Source of the DNA: Utricularia gibba
Lineage: Eukaryota; Plantae; Magnoliophyta
NCBI GenBank assembly: GCA_002189035.1
Contig: NEEC01000012.1
Span: 2,790,001 to 2,854,000, forward strand
DNA length: 64,000 bases
Direction of reading: 5' to 3'
The notes beneath the pieces are model-generated. The model did not search any database. It was not told the DNA's origin and saw only the letters and a list, made by a program, of their open reading frames with translations. Shown piece by piece: positions 1 through 9,983 of this stretch; position 1 is the first letter of the stretch; each line of letters opens with the position of its first letter. Made by a program: the position numbers and the translations under genes.

Positions 1-512
1 GCTACCATCTGCCAAAAAAGGCTTCATGTTCTGCACCCATGATACTTCTGCACTTGAGAAGCTTTGCTTTTTTATTCTGTGAAGATGTGATCATCTATGT
101 GGACCAAGTTGAGGAAAATTTTCACGGTGTGCTGCTAGAATCATTCTTTACTTTTACATGTGAACCATTTTCCATATGAATGTGAATATGTGTCTCTGAT
201 CCCCCTCTTCAAACGGAGTATGGATCGAAATGCGACTCTCGGAGGAATGAAGTGGCTCGATTCATACAGGAGAGTTCAGCCTGGTACTTGTGTGAGAATT
301 GATTTCAGTCAATACATGCACTTGGCTGATAAAAACCATTCAATGAATGGACAAAGATTCTGGGACGGTGCTGCTTTGGTTAGGCAAAGATTCGTTCTTT
401 TATATATTGGGTTTTGGGCATGCAAAATGCGAACAACAAATTGGGCTTCGGAACGAGCCCGTTGCAGCCGAAGGCTGTTACAAATAGTCCGCCGCCGTAG
501 TGCCACGGCGTA

Positions 513-1708
513 ATGGCTTTATACCGATCTTCCGTACATTTCATTTCCCCACTATTTCAATTTCATATCCAAACACTTGCGCACTTCAATTGCCGCCTCT
601 CGAAATCTAGAAAATTATCTTCTCCAGTTTTGTGTGTATCGTCGTCGTCGTCATCTGCGATGGAGACTCCACCGGAAGGTTATCGAAGAAACGTCGGAAT
701 TTGTCTTGTTAACCCTTCTAAGAAGGTGAGTCTTCAGATCGTCTTTACTCTCCTGTATTATTTTTTTCTGGTTTTAGTTTTAGAAGCCTGTTGTTTACTG
801 TGGATTTTGATCAGATTTTTGCTGCGTCGAGGCTTGATGTACCGGATTCTTGGCAGATGCCTCAGGTTAGATTTGTTGATTCATAGAAAATCTGTATCCG
901 TTTAGGATCTGGTTTGAATGTATGGCCTCCGAGTACTCAAAAGTTTAGCCATAAGTACCTAGCCTCTTTCACTGTTTTAATTGTTGTAGAGGTTTCAAAT
1001 CTGATATGAATGTGTAGGGTGGTATTGACGTGAGTGAGGATCCCAGAGATGCTGCCATCAGAGAACTAAGAGAAGAAACAGGTGTAACTTCAGCAGATAT
1101 TCTTGCTGAGGTATATATTTCAGCCTAGTTTCCTTGTTCAGTGATCTTAAAATGTGTTTACATAACACTATTCTGCAGCTTCATTGAAAATATTGCTGCT
1201 GTAGGCACCATACTGGTTAACATATAACTTCCCACCTGAGACAAGAGAAAAGCTTAGGAAACAATGGGGTTCTGATTGGAAAGGGCAAGCACAGAAATGG
1301 TTAGTAATTCTCCTTCCTTATTCTGTTGTCTTGGAAAAATTTATCACTTTGATCCAAACGCAAAATAGCTGAAAAAGGATCCCATAGTTACCATTTCTTT
1401 CATGTTTCAAAGAATTGGTGACTTAACAAACTGTCATTTTTGCATCAGGTTTCTTTTCAAATTTAATGGCAAAGATGAAGAGGTGAATCTTTTGGGCGAT
1501 GGAACCGAGAAGGCAGAGTTCGGGCAGTGGACATGGATGTCATCACAAGAAGTTCTTGATCATGTTAGCGGTGCAGCTTATTTTTCCCTGAATGTGTCGT
1601 ACTGGAATTCTTTTTACTGAATATGGGTATGTATTTGTGCAGGCAGTCGAATTCAAGAAGGAAGTGTATCAGGAAGTTTTGAAGGTTTTCTCCCCATATA
1701 TCGAGTAG
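513..1708 (+). CDS. NUDT26: Plastid Nudix hydrolase (NUDX26-like, diadenosine polyphosphate/ppGpp hydrolase family), 6 exons
   Basis: Ser-rich transit peptide, then METPPEGYRRNVGICL. Spliced exons 513-726, 815-865, 1018-1110, 1205-1299, ~1449-1563 and 1643-1708 give IFAASRLDVPDSWQMPQ, the Nudix box GGIDVSEDPRDAAIRELREETGV and WGSDWKGQAQKW, all with GT-AG borders. Confidence 0.88.
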
Positions 1709-1899
1709 ATACTTCAAGTTGCTAAAGGAGTAACTAGCAAAAATTGGACGACAAGCATAAACACAAGTATGCTTGTGTCCTTAATCTGTACTTGCCGTTA
1801 TTCATGAAAGCACTTGTTCCTGATCGACATCATCATGTTGCTGTGACATATCAGAAAACAATTATTTCATGTTTCATTGTACTCTATTTAATCTAACAC

Positions 1900-3351
1900 T
1901 TAACTGGTGACAATCTGCTCCAGCTTGTTCATGATATCTTGAGCAATAATCTCTGGGGAAAACCTTGTCACCATATCGAGCCTTGCTTGAGCTCCTTTCC
2001 TTGCAGCTTCATCAGGATGCAACATCACCCATCTCATGAGAAGGCGCAACTCATCAGCACAAGGTTCAGCCCACAAATGCCCCATGAATGGCCCTTCGTT
2101 CACTTCACTCATGCCTTCAAGGCGTAGAGGATAGCTATTCTCATCTGTCAAATACTCCGTCGGCCCCGACCAGTTGGTCGCAATCACTGGCCGTGACATC
2201 GCCATCGCCTCAACAATTGGCCGGCCCCATCCTTCACCTCTAGACGGCAGAACAAATGCATCAGCTGCAAGGTACACTCTTGGTATCTCAACCTGAGGTA
2301 TGTGGCTATTGATCAAATACACAGGAGCCCAACCTTCAGCTGGCTCTTCCAGACTTGATTGAGCTACAAACTCAGTGATCTTGCCTACAAAATCCTTCTC
2401 AGAATGGTAGGCATTCGTCAATATGATCAATGCAACTTCATCTTCCCCGGAGAACTCCTTCAGGTAAGACCTCAGCAACACATCCCAACCTTTCCTGTAT
2501 TCCCATTTGAAGACACTCAAGAAAATATAGCTCTTTTGGAAACTTTGCTTACCTGATCCCAGGGCAAGTTCACTCACTGGGACCAAGTCCAAAGGCAAGT
2601 ACTTCACTGGATCAAAGAAATCAACATCAACAAGCTGGGGTATCTTCACAACCTTCACAGAAGCAACCCCACTTTGCTGAAAGGTGTTGACATGAAAGTC
2701 ACTTGGGACCCAGACTTGATCCATCTTATTGCACCGATTCACGTGCTCAGGGTTCAGTCTATCAGTCTCAAACATTGTTCTTCCGATCACAAACTTGTGA
2801 TGCTCATAAGGTAACTGTGGGCAGGGAAGAGTTTGGAACAGAGGAGGGTACCAAGCCCCAGGTTCACTATGGCAAATCGCAATGGTTTGATTCAATAAGC
2901 ACTTGTTTTGATGAATCTCAATAGCCATGGTTCTTGTTTCCAAAGGCAACCCATCCCAGAACTCAGGGTTCTCTAGGTCGCCATGGTGCTCTATGCCCAG
3001 CTTGAAAGTGGGGTTCTTCTGCTTCGCAATGTGAGCGTTGAGAGCAGAGATGTAAGACCAGGCTTCGGAGCTATAACCGCCGCCTGAAAGAAAAGGGGCC
3101 ATCCACAAAATGCAGTAAGGAGCTTCAACGAGATCATCGTCTCCTCTTAGCTGCGGATTGAAATGTGAAGGTTTCGAGAACTGCCCTAAAATGCTTCTCC
3201 GGAGGCGGAAGTGGCTTGATTTCGTTACAACGGCGAACGAGATCGCCAGAAAGAGTACCAATAGGGAGGTGAGGCAGATGGGTTTCAACGGAAATTGAAC
3301 CCCTCTGGAGATGCGAAGATGACGAGGGTGTTGGTCTTCATCTGAATCCAT
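1900..3351 (-). CDS. Glycosyltransferase family 4 (group 1 / GT-B) protein, single exon
   Basis: Intact 483-aa ORF with an N-terminal TM segment, WMAPFLSGGGYSSEAW, FLSVFKWEYRKGWDVLL and the GT4 signature FVLPSRGEGWGRPIVEAMAM. Confidence 0.92.
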   Translation of the reverse strand: MDSDEDQHPRHLRISRGVQFPLKPICLTSLLVLFLAISFAVVTKSSHFRLRRSILGQFSKPSHFNPQLRGDDDLVEAPYCILWMAPFLSGGGYSSEAWSYISALNAHIAKQKNPTFKLGIEHHGDLENPEFWDGLPLETRTMAIEIHQNKCLLNQTIAICHSEPGAWYPPLFQTLPCPQLPYEHHKFVIGRTMFETDRLNPEHVNRCNKMDQVWVPSDFHVNTFQQSGVASVKVVKIPQLVDVDFFDPVKYLPLDLVPVSELALGSGKQSFQKSYIFLSVFKWEYRKGWDVLLRSYLKEFSGEDEVALIILTNAYHSEKDFVGKITEFVAQSSLEEPAEGWAPVYLINSHIPQVEIPRVYLAADAFVLPSRGEGWGRPIVEAMAMSRPVIATNWSGPTEYLTDENSYPLRLEGMSEVNEGPFMGHLWAEPCADELRLLMRWVMLHPDEAARKGAQARLDMVTRFSPEIIAQDIMNKLEQIVTS

Positions 3352-3698
3352 TATCAGTCACCGGAAATGCAACGCCGGATCCACCTTCATCACTACATCC
3401 AAGGCGATTTATCCAACTTCTTGGATCGACGGCATTCACTTGAAGAGAGATCCTTGTTCAATTACATTGGAACATGAAAATTTTACCAGATTTCTTCTAG
3501 AAATCCCAGACGTCAGGCCTTTCGTCATCTCTGATCGCACGCTTGAGCAAAGATGAAGATGGATTTCTTGCAGAGGAGTTCACTGTGACGCAATTTTTCA
3601 ATTATTCTTTTTGAGTATAAGTAGGGGCCTGCCTATGAGACTTCTTCCGACACAGATCTGTTCGGGAAGCTTGTAGCTTATCCTGAGATTCGCTCGAA

Positions 3699-5085
3699 AT
3701 GGCGGCGTCGGTCGGAGAGACGAAGAAGAGAGTGGTGGTTGTTGGCGGCGGCGTTGCCGGATCTTACATCTCTAAACTACTTGAAGAAGAAGCCGATGTA
3801 TCCCTAATTGACGAGTATGCGAAGCTTTTCTCCCCTTCTTGCTTTGTACTCTTCTCATTTCCTGGCATGTGACAACCTAACACCGTCTATCGGAGAAGCA
3901 TGCTGGTTACAGTATCTGAATGCGGAACTTGTTGCAGGAAGGAGTACTTCGAAATCCCTTGGTCAAGCTTGAGGGCAATGGTTGAACCCGCAGTTGCAGA
4001 AAGAGCTGTGATCAATCACAGGGACTTCCTTCACAAAGCTAATCTCATCGCATCTGCTGCGATCGATATCAACGGAAATCAAGTCATCACTGCGCAAGGT
4101 CATTCAGTTGCATATGATTATCTCGTGATCGCTACCGGTCACAGGAGTCCTGGTGGATACACAAAAACTGAGAAGATCAAGCACTACCAAACTGGTAAGG
4201 AAAAGCTCCAGCAGTTTCCTGTTCTTACTCTGGCTATTGCATACCTCCTTGAACTCCAAAAAGCTGATGGTGTGTGGCTTGTTTTTCCGGGAGCCAGAGT
4301 ATGAAAAGATCAAATCTGCAGATTCGATATTGGTCGTCGGAGGCGGTCCTTCTGGAGTAGAACTGGCAGCTGAAATCATTGTCGACTTCCCAGACAAGAA
4401 GGTAACACTAGTGCATCGAGGACCAAGATTACTGGGATTCATTGGAGAGAAGGCTGGGAAAAAGGCCTTAGATTGGTTGGTTTCCAAGAAAGTTGAGGTG
4501 CTCTTGGGGCAGTCAGTTGACTTGGATGCTGCATCCGGAGGTGTTTATACGACGTCAGGTGGGGAGACAATCCACGCAGATTGCCATTTTCTCTGCACTG
4601 GAGTACCAGTTGGTTCATCATGGTTGAAGAAGACGATGCTGAAGGACTGCTTAGATGAAAATAAAAGGTTAATGGTGGATGCAAATATGAGAGTCAAGGG
4701 CCATGATAACATATTTGCCATTGGAGACATCACTGACATCCCTGTGAGGCCTCTCTCCTGCATCTCTTGATCATATTTCTTCACAAAAGCCATTGTTTCA
4801 ACTTACAAAACTTTGGTGTATTGGCAGGAAATCAAGCAAGGATATTTGGCGAAATCACATGCATCTGTTGCAGTGAAGAATCTGAAAATACTGATGAAGG
4901 GAAAAGAGACAAAGAAGTTGTCCTCTTACAGCCCTGCCAAAGCCATGGCACTTGTTTCTCTTGGCAGAAGAGAAGGCATCCTGCAGGTAATGTGCCTCAC
5001 TCTCTCCGGCCGCATCCCCGGCAAGATCAAGTCCGGGGACCTCTTCATCGGAAAGACAAGGTCAGAAATCGGTCTCAACCCGTAG
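3699..5085 (+). CDS. FAD/NAD(P)-binding oxidoreductase, apoptosis-inducing factor homolog (AIFM2/FSP1-like), 4 exons
   Basis: Two Rossmann motifs (VVVGGGVAG in exon 1; ILVVGGGPSGVELAAE in exon 3), YDYLVIATG and NIFAIGDITD. Exons 3699-3814, 3938-4194, 4298-4743 and 4828-5085 join in frame. Confidence 0.9.
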
Positions 5086-5458
5086 CCCCACCAACGGAAA
5101 CGAAGGAAACATTGCGCCATTGTTGGTTTTTCATCTGTGCAATGTTGCTGCTTCTGCTGCATGCATTTTACACTTGTGTTTTCAAATTACATTTTCTAGG
5201 TTTCTTGCTTAGATTTATGATAAAGAAGTGCGCCTTTATAAAAGCGTGGAGGTGAAAAAAAAACACAGGGAGAGGGTTAACCTTAAACACATCCATGCAT
5301 TGTGCATGGTGATTGAATGGCTGATATTAGCTTGATGGATGAAGGGAGGCTCAGTTGGACCTTCCTGCGTGATTCTGGACACACCATGGTCGGAATCGAA
5401 ATCGGAATCAGAGAGACGGCGGTGGGGGTGGGTTTCTTGTGATCTTTCCGGTCTGGCT

Positions 5459-6472
5459 ATGTTTAATTCTACATTCGTCTTCTCCTTGGCGATTCTCCTT
5501 TCGTTTCCCCTGCTTTTTCTCCTGGCACCCGCCATTCTTCCGCCGCGGCCTCCGGAGATTTCCCTGCCTGACGAGCTCGACGACCTCGCCCTGTTCCGCC
5601 GTGCGGCGGTCGCCGAGCCAGGCGTAGCCGATGACCACCCCAGCCCGAAAATCGCATTCCTCTTCCTCACGAACACGGACCTCCACTTCGCTCCCCTTTG
5701 GGAGCTTTTCTTCTACAACACCGATGAATCTCTGTACACGATCTACATCCACGGCGACCCTTCCTGCAAAATCCACGCCCCCGGCGGCGTCTTCTCGGGA
5801 CGATTCATTGCCGCTAAGAAAACCACACGCGCCACGCCGAGTCTCATCTCCGCCGCCCGCCGCCTCATCGCGACGGCCCTCCTTGACGATCCATCGAATT
5901 CCTATTTCGCCCTAATTTCCCAGCACTGCATACCCCTCCACTCATTCCGCTTCATGTACAATTCCCTCTTCCTCAAACCCAAATCCCTCCCTTACCTCAG
6001 CTTCATCGAAATCTCTTCCGATCGACCGCTTCTTTGGGAACGCTACGTTGCCAGAGGAGAAGCCGTGATGCTCCCTGAAGTGCCCTTCGACCGGTTCAAA
6101 ATGGGGTCGCAGTTCTTCGTTCTCACACGGCGGCACGCCTTGATCGTAATAAGAGACAGAAGATTATGGAGGAAGTTCAGGCTTCCATGTCGGTATCTTC
6201 AATCCTGTTACCCAGAGGAGCACTATTTTCCAACTCTTTTGTCAATGGAGGATTCACAGGGGTGCACGCATTACACACTTACTCGTGTCAACTGGACCGG
6301 AAGCGTCGGCGGCCATCCCCACACTTACCGGCCGGAGGAAATATCGGCGAGGCTTATCCATACCCTCAGAGGCTGCAACTCCAGCTACTGGTTCATGTTT
6401 GCCAGGAAATTCTCCCCAGATTGCTTGCCCCTTTTGATGGATTTAGCTAAAGATGTAATCCTCAAGGACTGA
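5459..6472 (+). CDS. Core-2/I-branching beta-1,6-N-acetylglucosaminyltransferase family protein (DUF266, GT14-like)
   Basis: Type II membrane anchor after ATG 5459, KIAFLFLT, ISAARRLIATALLDD, SQHCIPLHSF, GSQFFVLTRRHA, CYPEEHYFPTLL and MFARKFSP. Single exon. Confidence 0.92.
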   Translation: MFNSTFVFSLAILLSFPLLFLLAPAILPPRPPEISLPDELDDLALFRRAAVAEPGVADDHPSPKIAFLFLTNTDLHFAPLWELFFYNTDESLYTIYIHGDPSCKIHAPGGVFSGRFIAAKKTTRATPSLISAARRLIATALLDDPSNSYFALISQHCIPLHSFRFMYNSLFLKPKSLPYLSFIEISSDRPLLWERYVARGEAVMLPEVPFDRFKMGSQFFVLTRRHALIVIRDRRLWRKFRLPCRYLQSCYPEEHYFPTLLSMEDSQGCTHYTLTRVNWTGSVGGHPHTYRPEEISARLIHTLRGCNSSYWFMFARKFSPDCLPLLMDLAKDVILKD

Positions 6473-6840
6473 ATTACGACCCCAGTAGACATGTTTATTC
6501 AGACCAGACTGCCGGCCGGTCGACCGGAGAGGCAGAAATTAGAAAAACAGAAACTGCCATCATCCACCTCTGTATAGAAAGCTTCTTCTTCTCCTCCTCC
6601 TTCTTGTATATGAATTATTGCAATACAATTCAATGCTTACAGCAAAAAAGTAGGAATCAAGAGCATGTGGGGGTCTCTGGTTGGGTTCCTCTTCCCCACG
6701 CCTAATAAAATTTAAAATTAGTAGCTACTGTACACAACCCAAAAACTAGCCGTTAGAGACTTTCAGCACTCTCTTCTTTTGTCCCTATCTTCTTCCTTCA
6801 TCCATTTCCGATTCCCAAAATTCAAGATTCTCCGAAAAAG

Positions 6841-7710
6841 ATGAAGGGAATGAAGGGAAAGCTAATGAAGAAGCTCAAGACAGTGAAAGCTATGGAGTAC
6901 CTGAACCCAGAAACTGTTCTTCAGATGGACGTTGTGCAGAGTTACGTCAAGCGTCACTTGCAGAAACCAAAGGCGATCCTTCGGACGCCATTCGCTGTGA
7001 TTCAACAGCAGCAAGAGAAGCTTGAAGATCCAGAGATCGATGACAAAGAAAACCGCTGTGAGTTGAAGGAAGAGGGCAAGGTCTTGAACACAGATCTTCT
7101 TGCGGCTGGTGAAGAAGGAACTGCGGAAATTAGGGCATTTGGAAGGTCGGCAGACGGGATTGAAGAACCCCCGCAAAAGGCACGAAAGGTGGAGCTGCAA
7201 TCAGAGCAAATCCAACGCCGATTACATGAATTTCCAGAGAAATGTCCGCCTGGAGGAAGCGAATCGATCGTCCTTTACACTACAAGCCTCAGGGGGATCC
7301 GAAAAACCTTCGAGGATTGCCAGAAAGTGAGATCGCTGTTAGAGAACATGAAAGTGGTGTTCATAGTGAGAGATCTGTCAATGCACTCTGATTTCAAGCG
7401 AGAAATGTGGGAAATCCTGGAAACGAAAGCGCTCCCTCCAAAACTGTTCATAAAGGGACGTTACATCGGAGGAGCAGAAGAAGTTCTTACTCTGCACGAA
7501 CAGGGGAATTTCAGACCACTGATTGAAGGGATTCCGATCGATAGAAACGACGGAGAATGTGAACCTTGCGGCGGATTCAAGTTCATCATCTGCTTCAACT
7601 GCCGCGGTAGCCGTAAAGTTTCTCCGGCACAAGGCGACACCGGAACTGTCGTCACCTGCGGCGAGTGTAACGAAAATGGGTTGTTAATTTGCCCCTTCTG
7701 TTGTTGCTGA
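6841..7710 (+). CDS. Glutaredoxin-domain protein with C-terminal Cys4-type zinc-binding repeats
   Basis: 289-aa ORF with PPGGSESIVLYTTSLRGIRKTFEDC, PKLFIKGRYIGG and four CxxC pairs (CEPC, CFNC, CGEC, CPFC). Confidence 0.9.
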   Translation: MKGMKGKLMKKLKTVKAMEYLNPETVLQMDVVQSYVKRHLQKPKAILRTPFAVIQQQQEKLEDPEIDDKENRCELKEEGKVLNTDLLAAGEEGTAEIRAFGRSADGIEEPPQKARKVELQSEQIQRRLHEFPEKCPPGGSESIVLYTTSLRGIRKTFEDCQKVRSLLENMKVVFIVRDLSMHSDFKREMWEILETKALPPKLFIKGRYIGGAEEVLTLHEQGNFRPLIEGIPIDRNDGECEPCGGFKFIICFNCRGSRKVSPAQGDTGTVVTCGECNENGLLICPFCCC

Positions 7711-7885
7711 GTCACTAATTAACACGACAGTTAACAACTGTCTTGTAATTTTTTATAAAAAAAAAAAAATTCAATTAAAAACAAAGTGTAACATACAACA
7801 TTGACATACTTCTATCATAGCCAATGTAGTATAAGACTCATCACTTTGAATGCAAATCATCAATCATTATCACTATTACGAATTT

Positions 7886-7920
7886 CTAAATCCTAAACCC
7901 TAAACCCTAAACCCTAAACT
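7886..7920 (+). repeat. Interstitial Arabidopsis-type telomeric repeat (CCCTAAA)n, about 4.5 units
   Basis: CTAAA TCCTAAA CCCTAAA CCCTAAA CCCTAAA CT read directly. Confidence 0.85.
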
Positions 7921-8152
7921 CTTATTAGAAACACCAACATTCGTACCCTCGAGCCATCCCAGTTCGGGGGTGAGATTGTGACGTGATGCGTGACGAAAAA
8001 TGGTTCACGATTATTTTTAAAAATGAATCCTTGTTGAAATAGGAATCCATTTCACTCCCGTTTAACAAGTGTGGTGTGTTTCTTCTTCTTTGTTGTAATT
8101 TGTATGCTATAGTTCATGACAAACAAGGAAATGAGTATCCGGGTGCTGCCAG

Positions 8153-8269
8153 TGGGCCCCAATGCGAACGGTTATTGGGACCCACTGGCCCAGGGGAGTC
8201 CGAATAAGGGCCGGATCTGGACCCGAGACAGGCCCACATAGAAATGGTCCAACCGCCAATGTATGGGCT
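8153..8269. promoter_or_regulatory. Site II (TGGGCY) cluster upstream of the mitochondrial glycoprotein gene
   Basis: TGGGCC 8153-8158, GGCCCA 8231-8236 and TGGGCT 8264-8269, 80-200 bp before ATG 8349. Site II elements are typical of nuclear genes for mitochondrial proteins. Confidence 0.55.
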
Positions 8270-8348
8270 TGAACCCTCCTCCGGCTAAAAATCTCTCTGC
8301 TTGTAGCTGTCGGCCGTCTCCGGCTTCGGTGGAGCGCCGGAACTCGAT

Positions 8349-9565
8349 ATGTGGAGAAAGGCACTTGTACGCGCGGGAATTGAAATTCGGCCATGGTGGC
8401 GCAGGATGGCGCTCCGTTCGTCCTCGACGGCGTCTTGCACCGTCAACTCCATGATCCTGCGCTCGCTTAAAGATCATTATCTAGAAGTCTCCAAGATGAC
8501 TCCTCCTCCGGTGAGTCTCTCAGGCAATTGACGTACAACTACTCTAAACTACCTCCTTTTCTTGGATTTCATTGCGTGTGACTGCGTTGGTCATATGCAT
8601 ATGCAATTGCTGCAGACTGGGTTTACTAGAATTTGTAAAAGAACCTGGTCGTTTTTTGTCGTTGATTTTTGACATTATGGCAAGCATTGCATGGTTTCCG
8701 ACTGCTGTTTCTTGATCTCTTTCCTCTGAGAATGTGCAATTTACCTTTCTTGTTTTACAGAAAATATCCCTCCTTCTCCATACACTGTAGTGAAGGGAGC
8801 ACTCGATGTTGGTGGTCCTGTTATCAAGCGTACATTCCAGAATGAGGAGATCAGTATATCCGTGATGAGATTGCTGGACGTCATCTCCGGAGACGACAAT
8901 GCTCCTGAGAACATCAACCAGTTATTCATTCATGTTGACATTTCTAAGCCGGATGCAGATAGGTCATTGCATTTCCTGTGTGGTCTATACCCTGATGCTC
9001 TGGGAATACATTCAGTTTCTCTCAGACAAAAAGACAAGTCTTCACACTTGGCTGATCTTACGACAGATTACAGCGGCCCTGAGTACGAGTAAGTGAGACC
9101 TTTCTCTTTCAGTAATGCCTTTCTTTAGTCCCACTATTCAAAGAAACTGATGGAGAATACATGCCATATGAAAAGGCTACAGCTCTATCTGCAGCTATTT
9201 CCCTGAAATTGTCATGTCATATCTATGTTGCATTTACCTGCCATCTCTTTTCCACATTTCTTTTCTTCCCTGCATCCCACTAGTTCTATTGCCCACTGCC
9301 TTTGTTGAACTCTTAGATACTTGCAAGCTTGTTTCCAAACTCATTCTTGCCTGCTACTACTCATAGGGACATGGATGAGAAAGTTCGAGATGCTCTGCAT
9401 GGTTATATTGAAGAGCGAGGAATAAATGAAAGCCTGTTTCCATTTCTGCAAGCATGGCTCTATGTGAAAGAACACAGAAGTCTCGTACGCTGGTTCAAAA
9501 CCATTGGCCTTTTTATTAATCAACAGCAGCAGCCTAAGACAGACACTCAGGCTTCATCAGCATGA
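8349..9565 (+). CDS. Mitochondrial glycoprotein (MAM33/C1QBP family), 3 exons, one apparent 1-nt frameshift
   Basis: Arg-rich presequence, then LRSLKDHYLEVSKMTPPP | K(I)SPPSPYTVVKGALD ... HFLCGLYPDALGIHSVS | DMDEKVRDALHGYIEERGINESLFPFLQAWLYVKEH. Exons 8349-8510, 8761-9088 and 9367-9565. One C is missing in the run at 8768-8770. Confidence 0.85.
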
Positions 9566-9983
9566 GATCTTTGGCTGCTGCAAACTGCAGAATCTACCTG
9601 TTGGTTGCAAGGATGTGATTTTTTAACTAGGCTGCATCCTGTACTTTCACGTTCTGTTTTTGGACTCATGTTGTCATCAATGTAGTTGGTCATCCATCAT
9701 ACAAGGAATAGGAAACATCGAATTACTACTCCTTATGGAATAGCACAAGATTCCAAAGCTCATACAAATGTCCATACCTGCGAGTATTTAAACACTTCCC
9801 ACACAAATAAGGCAAGGCATGCCAAAATTTGGATGCATAGAGCACAAGTTAAGGGAGATTATCACTGCATTGCAGGGCTCATGCATCTTCTCGATCAGCA
9901 GATTCATATGAAATGAGGGGCTCAGTCGATTCCATCAATATCGATCACTTCATCATCGATGAGCAATGTAGTGGCGAACCATT

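Noticed and set aside
160-513. 117-aa ORF just upstream of the Nudix gene
   Set aside because: No recognisable motif. It lies in the 3'UTR/promoter zone and its stop abuts the real ATG.
5339-5458. Upstream in-frame extension of the DUF266 ORF (similar extensions at 15113-15057 and 50816-50872)
   Set aside because: Family N-termini start at the downstream ATGs (5459, 15056, 50873), and the extensions look like UTR sequence.
7960-7995. GGGGGTGAGATTGTGA resembling an LTR polypurine tract plus TG start
   Set aside because: No second LTR, PBS, TSD or retroelement coding sequence nearby.
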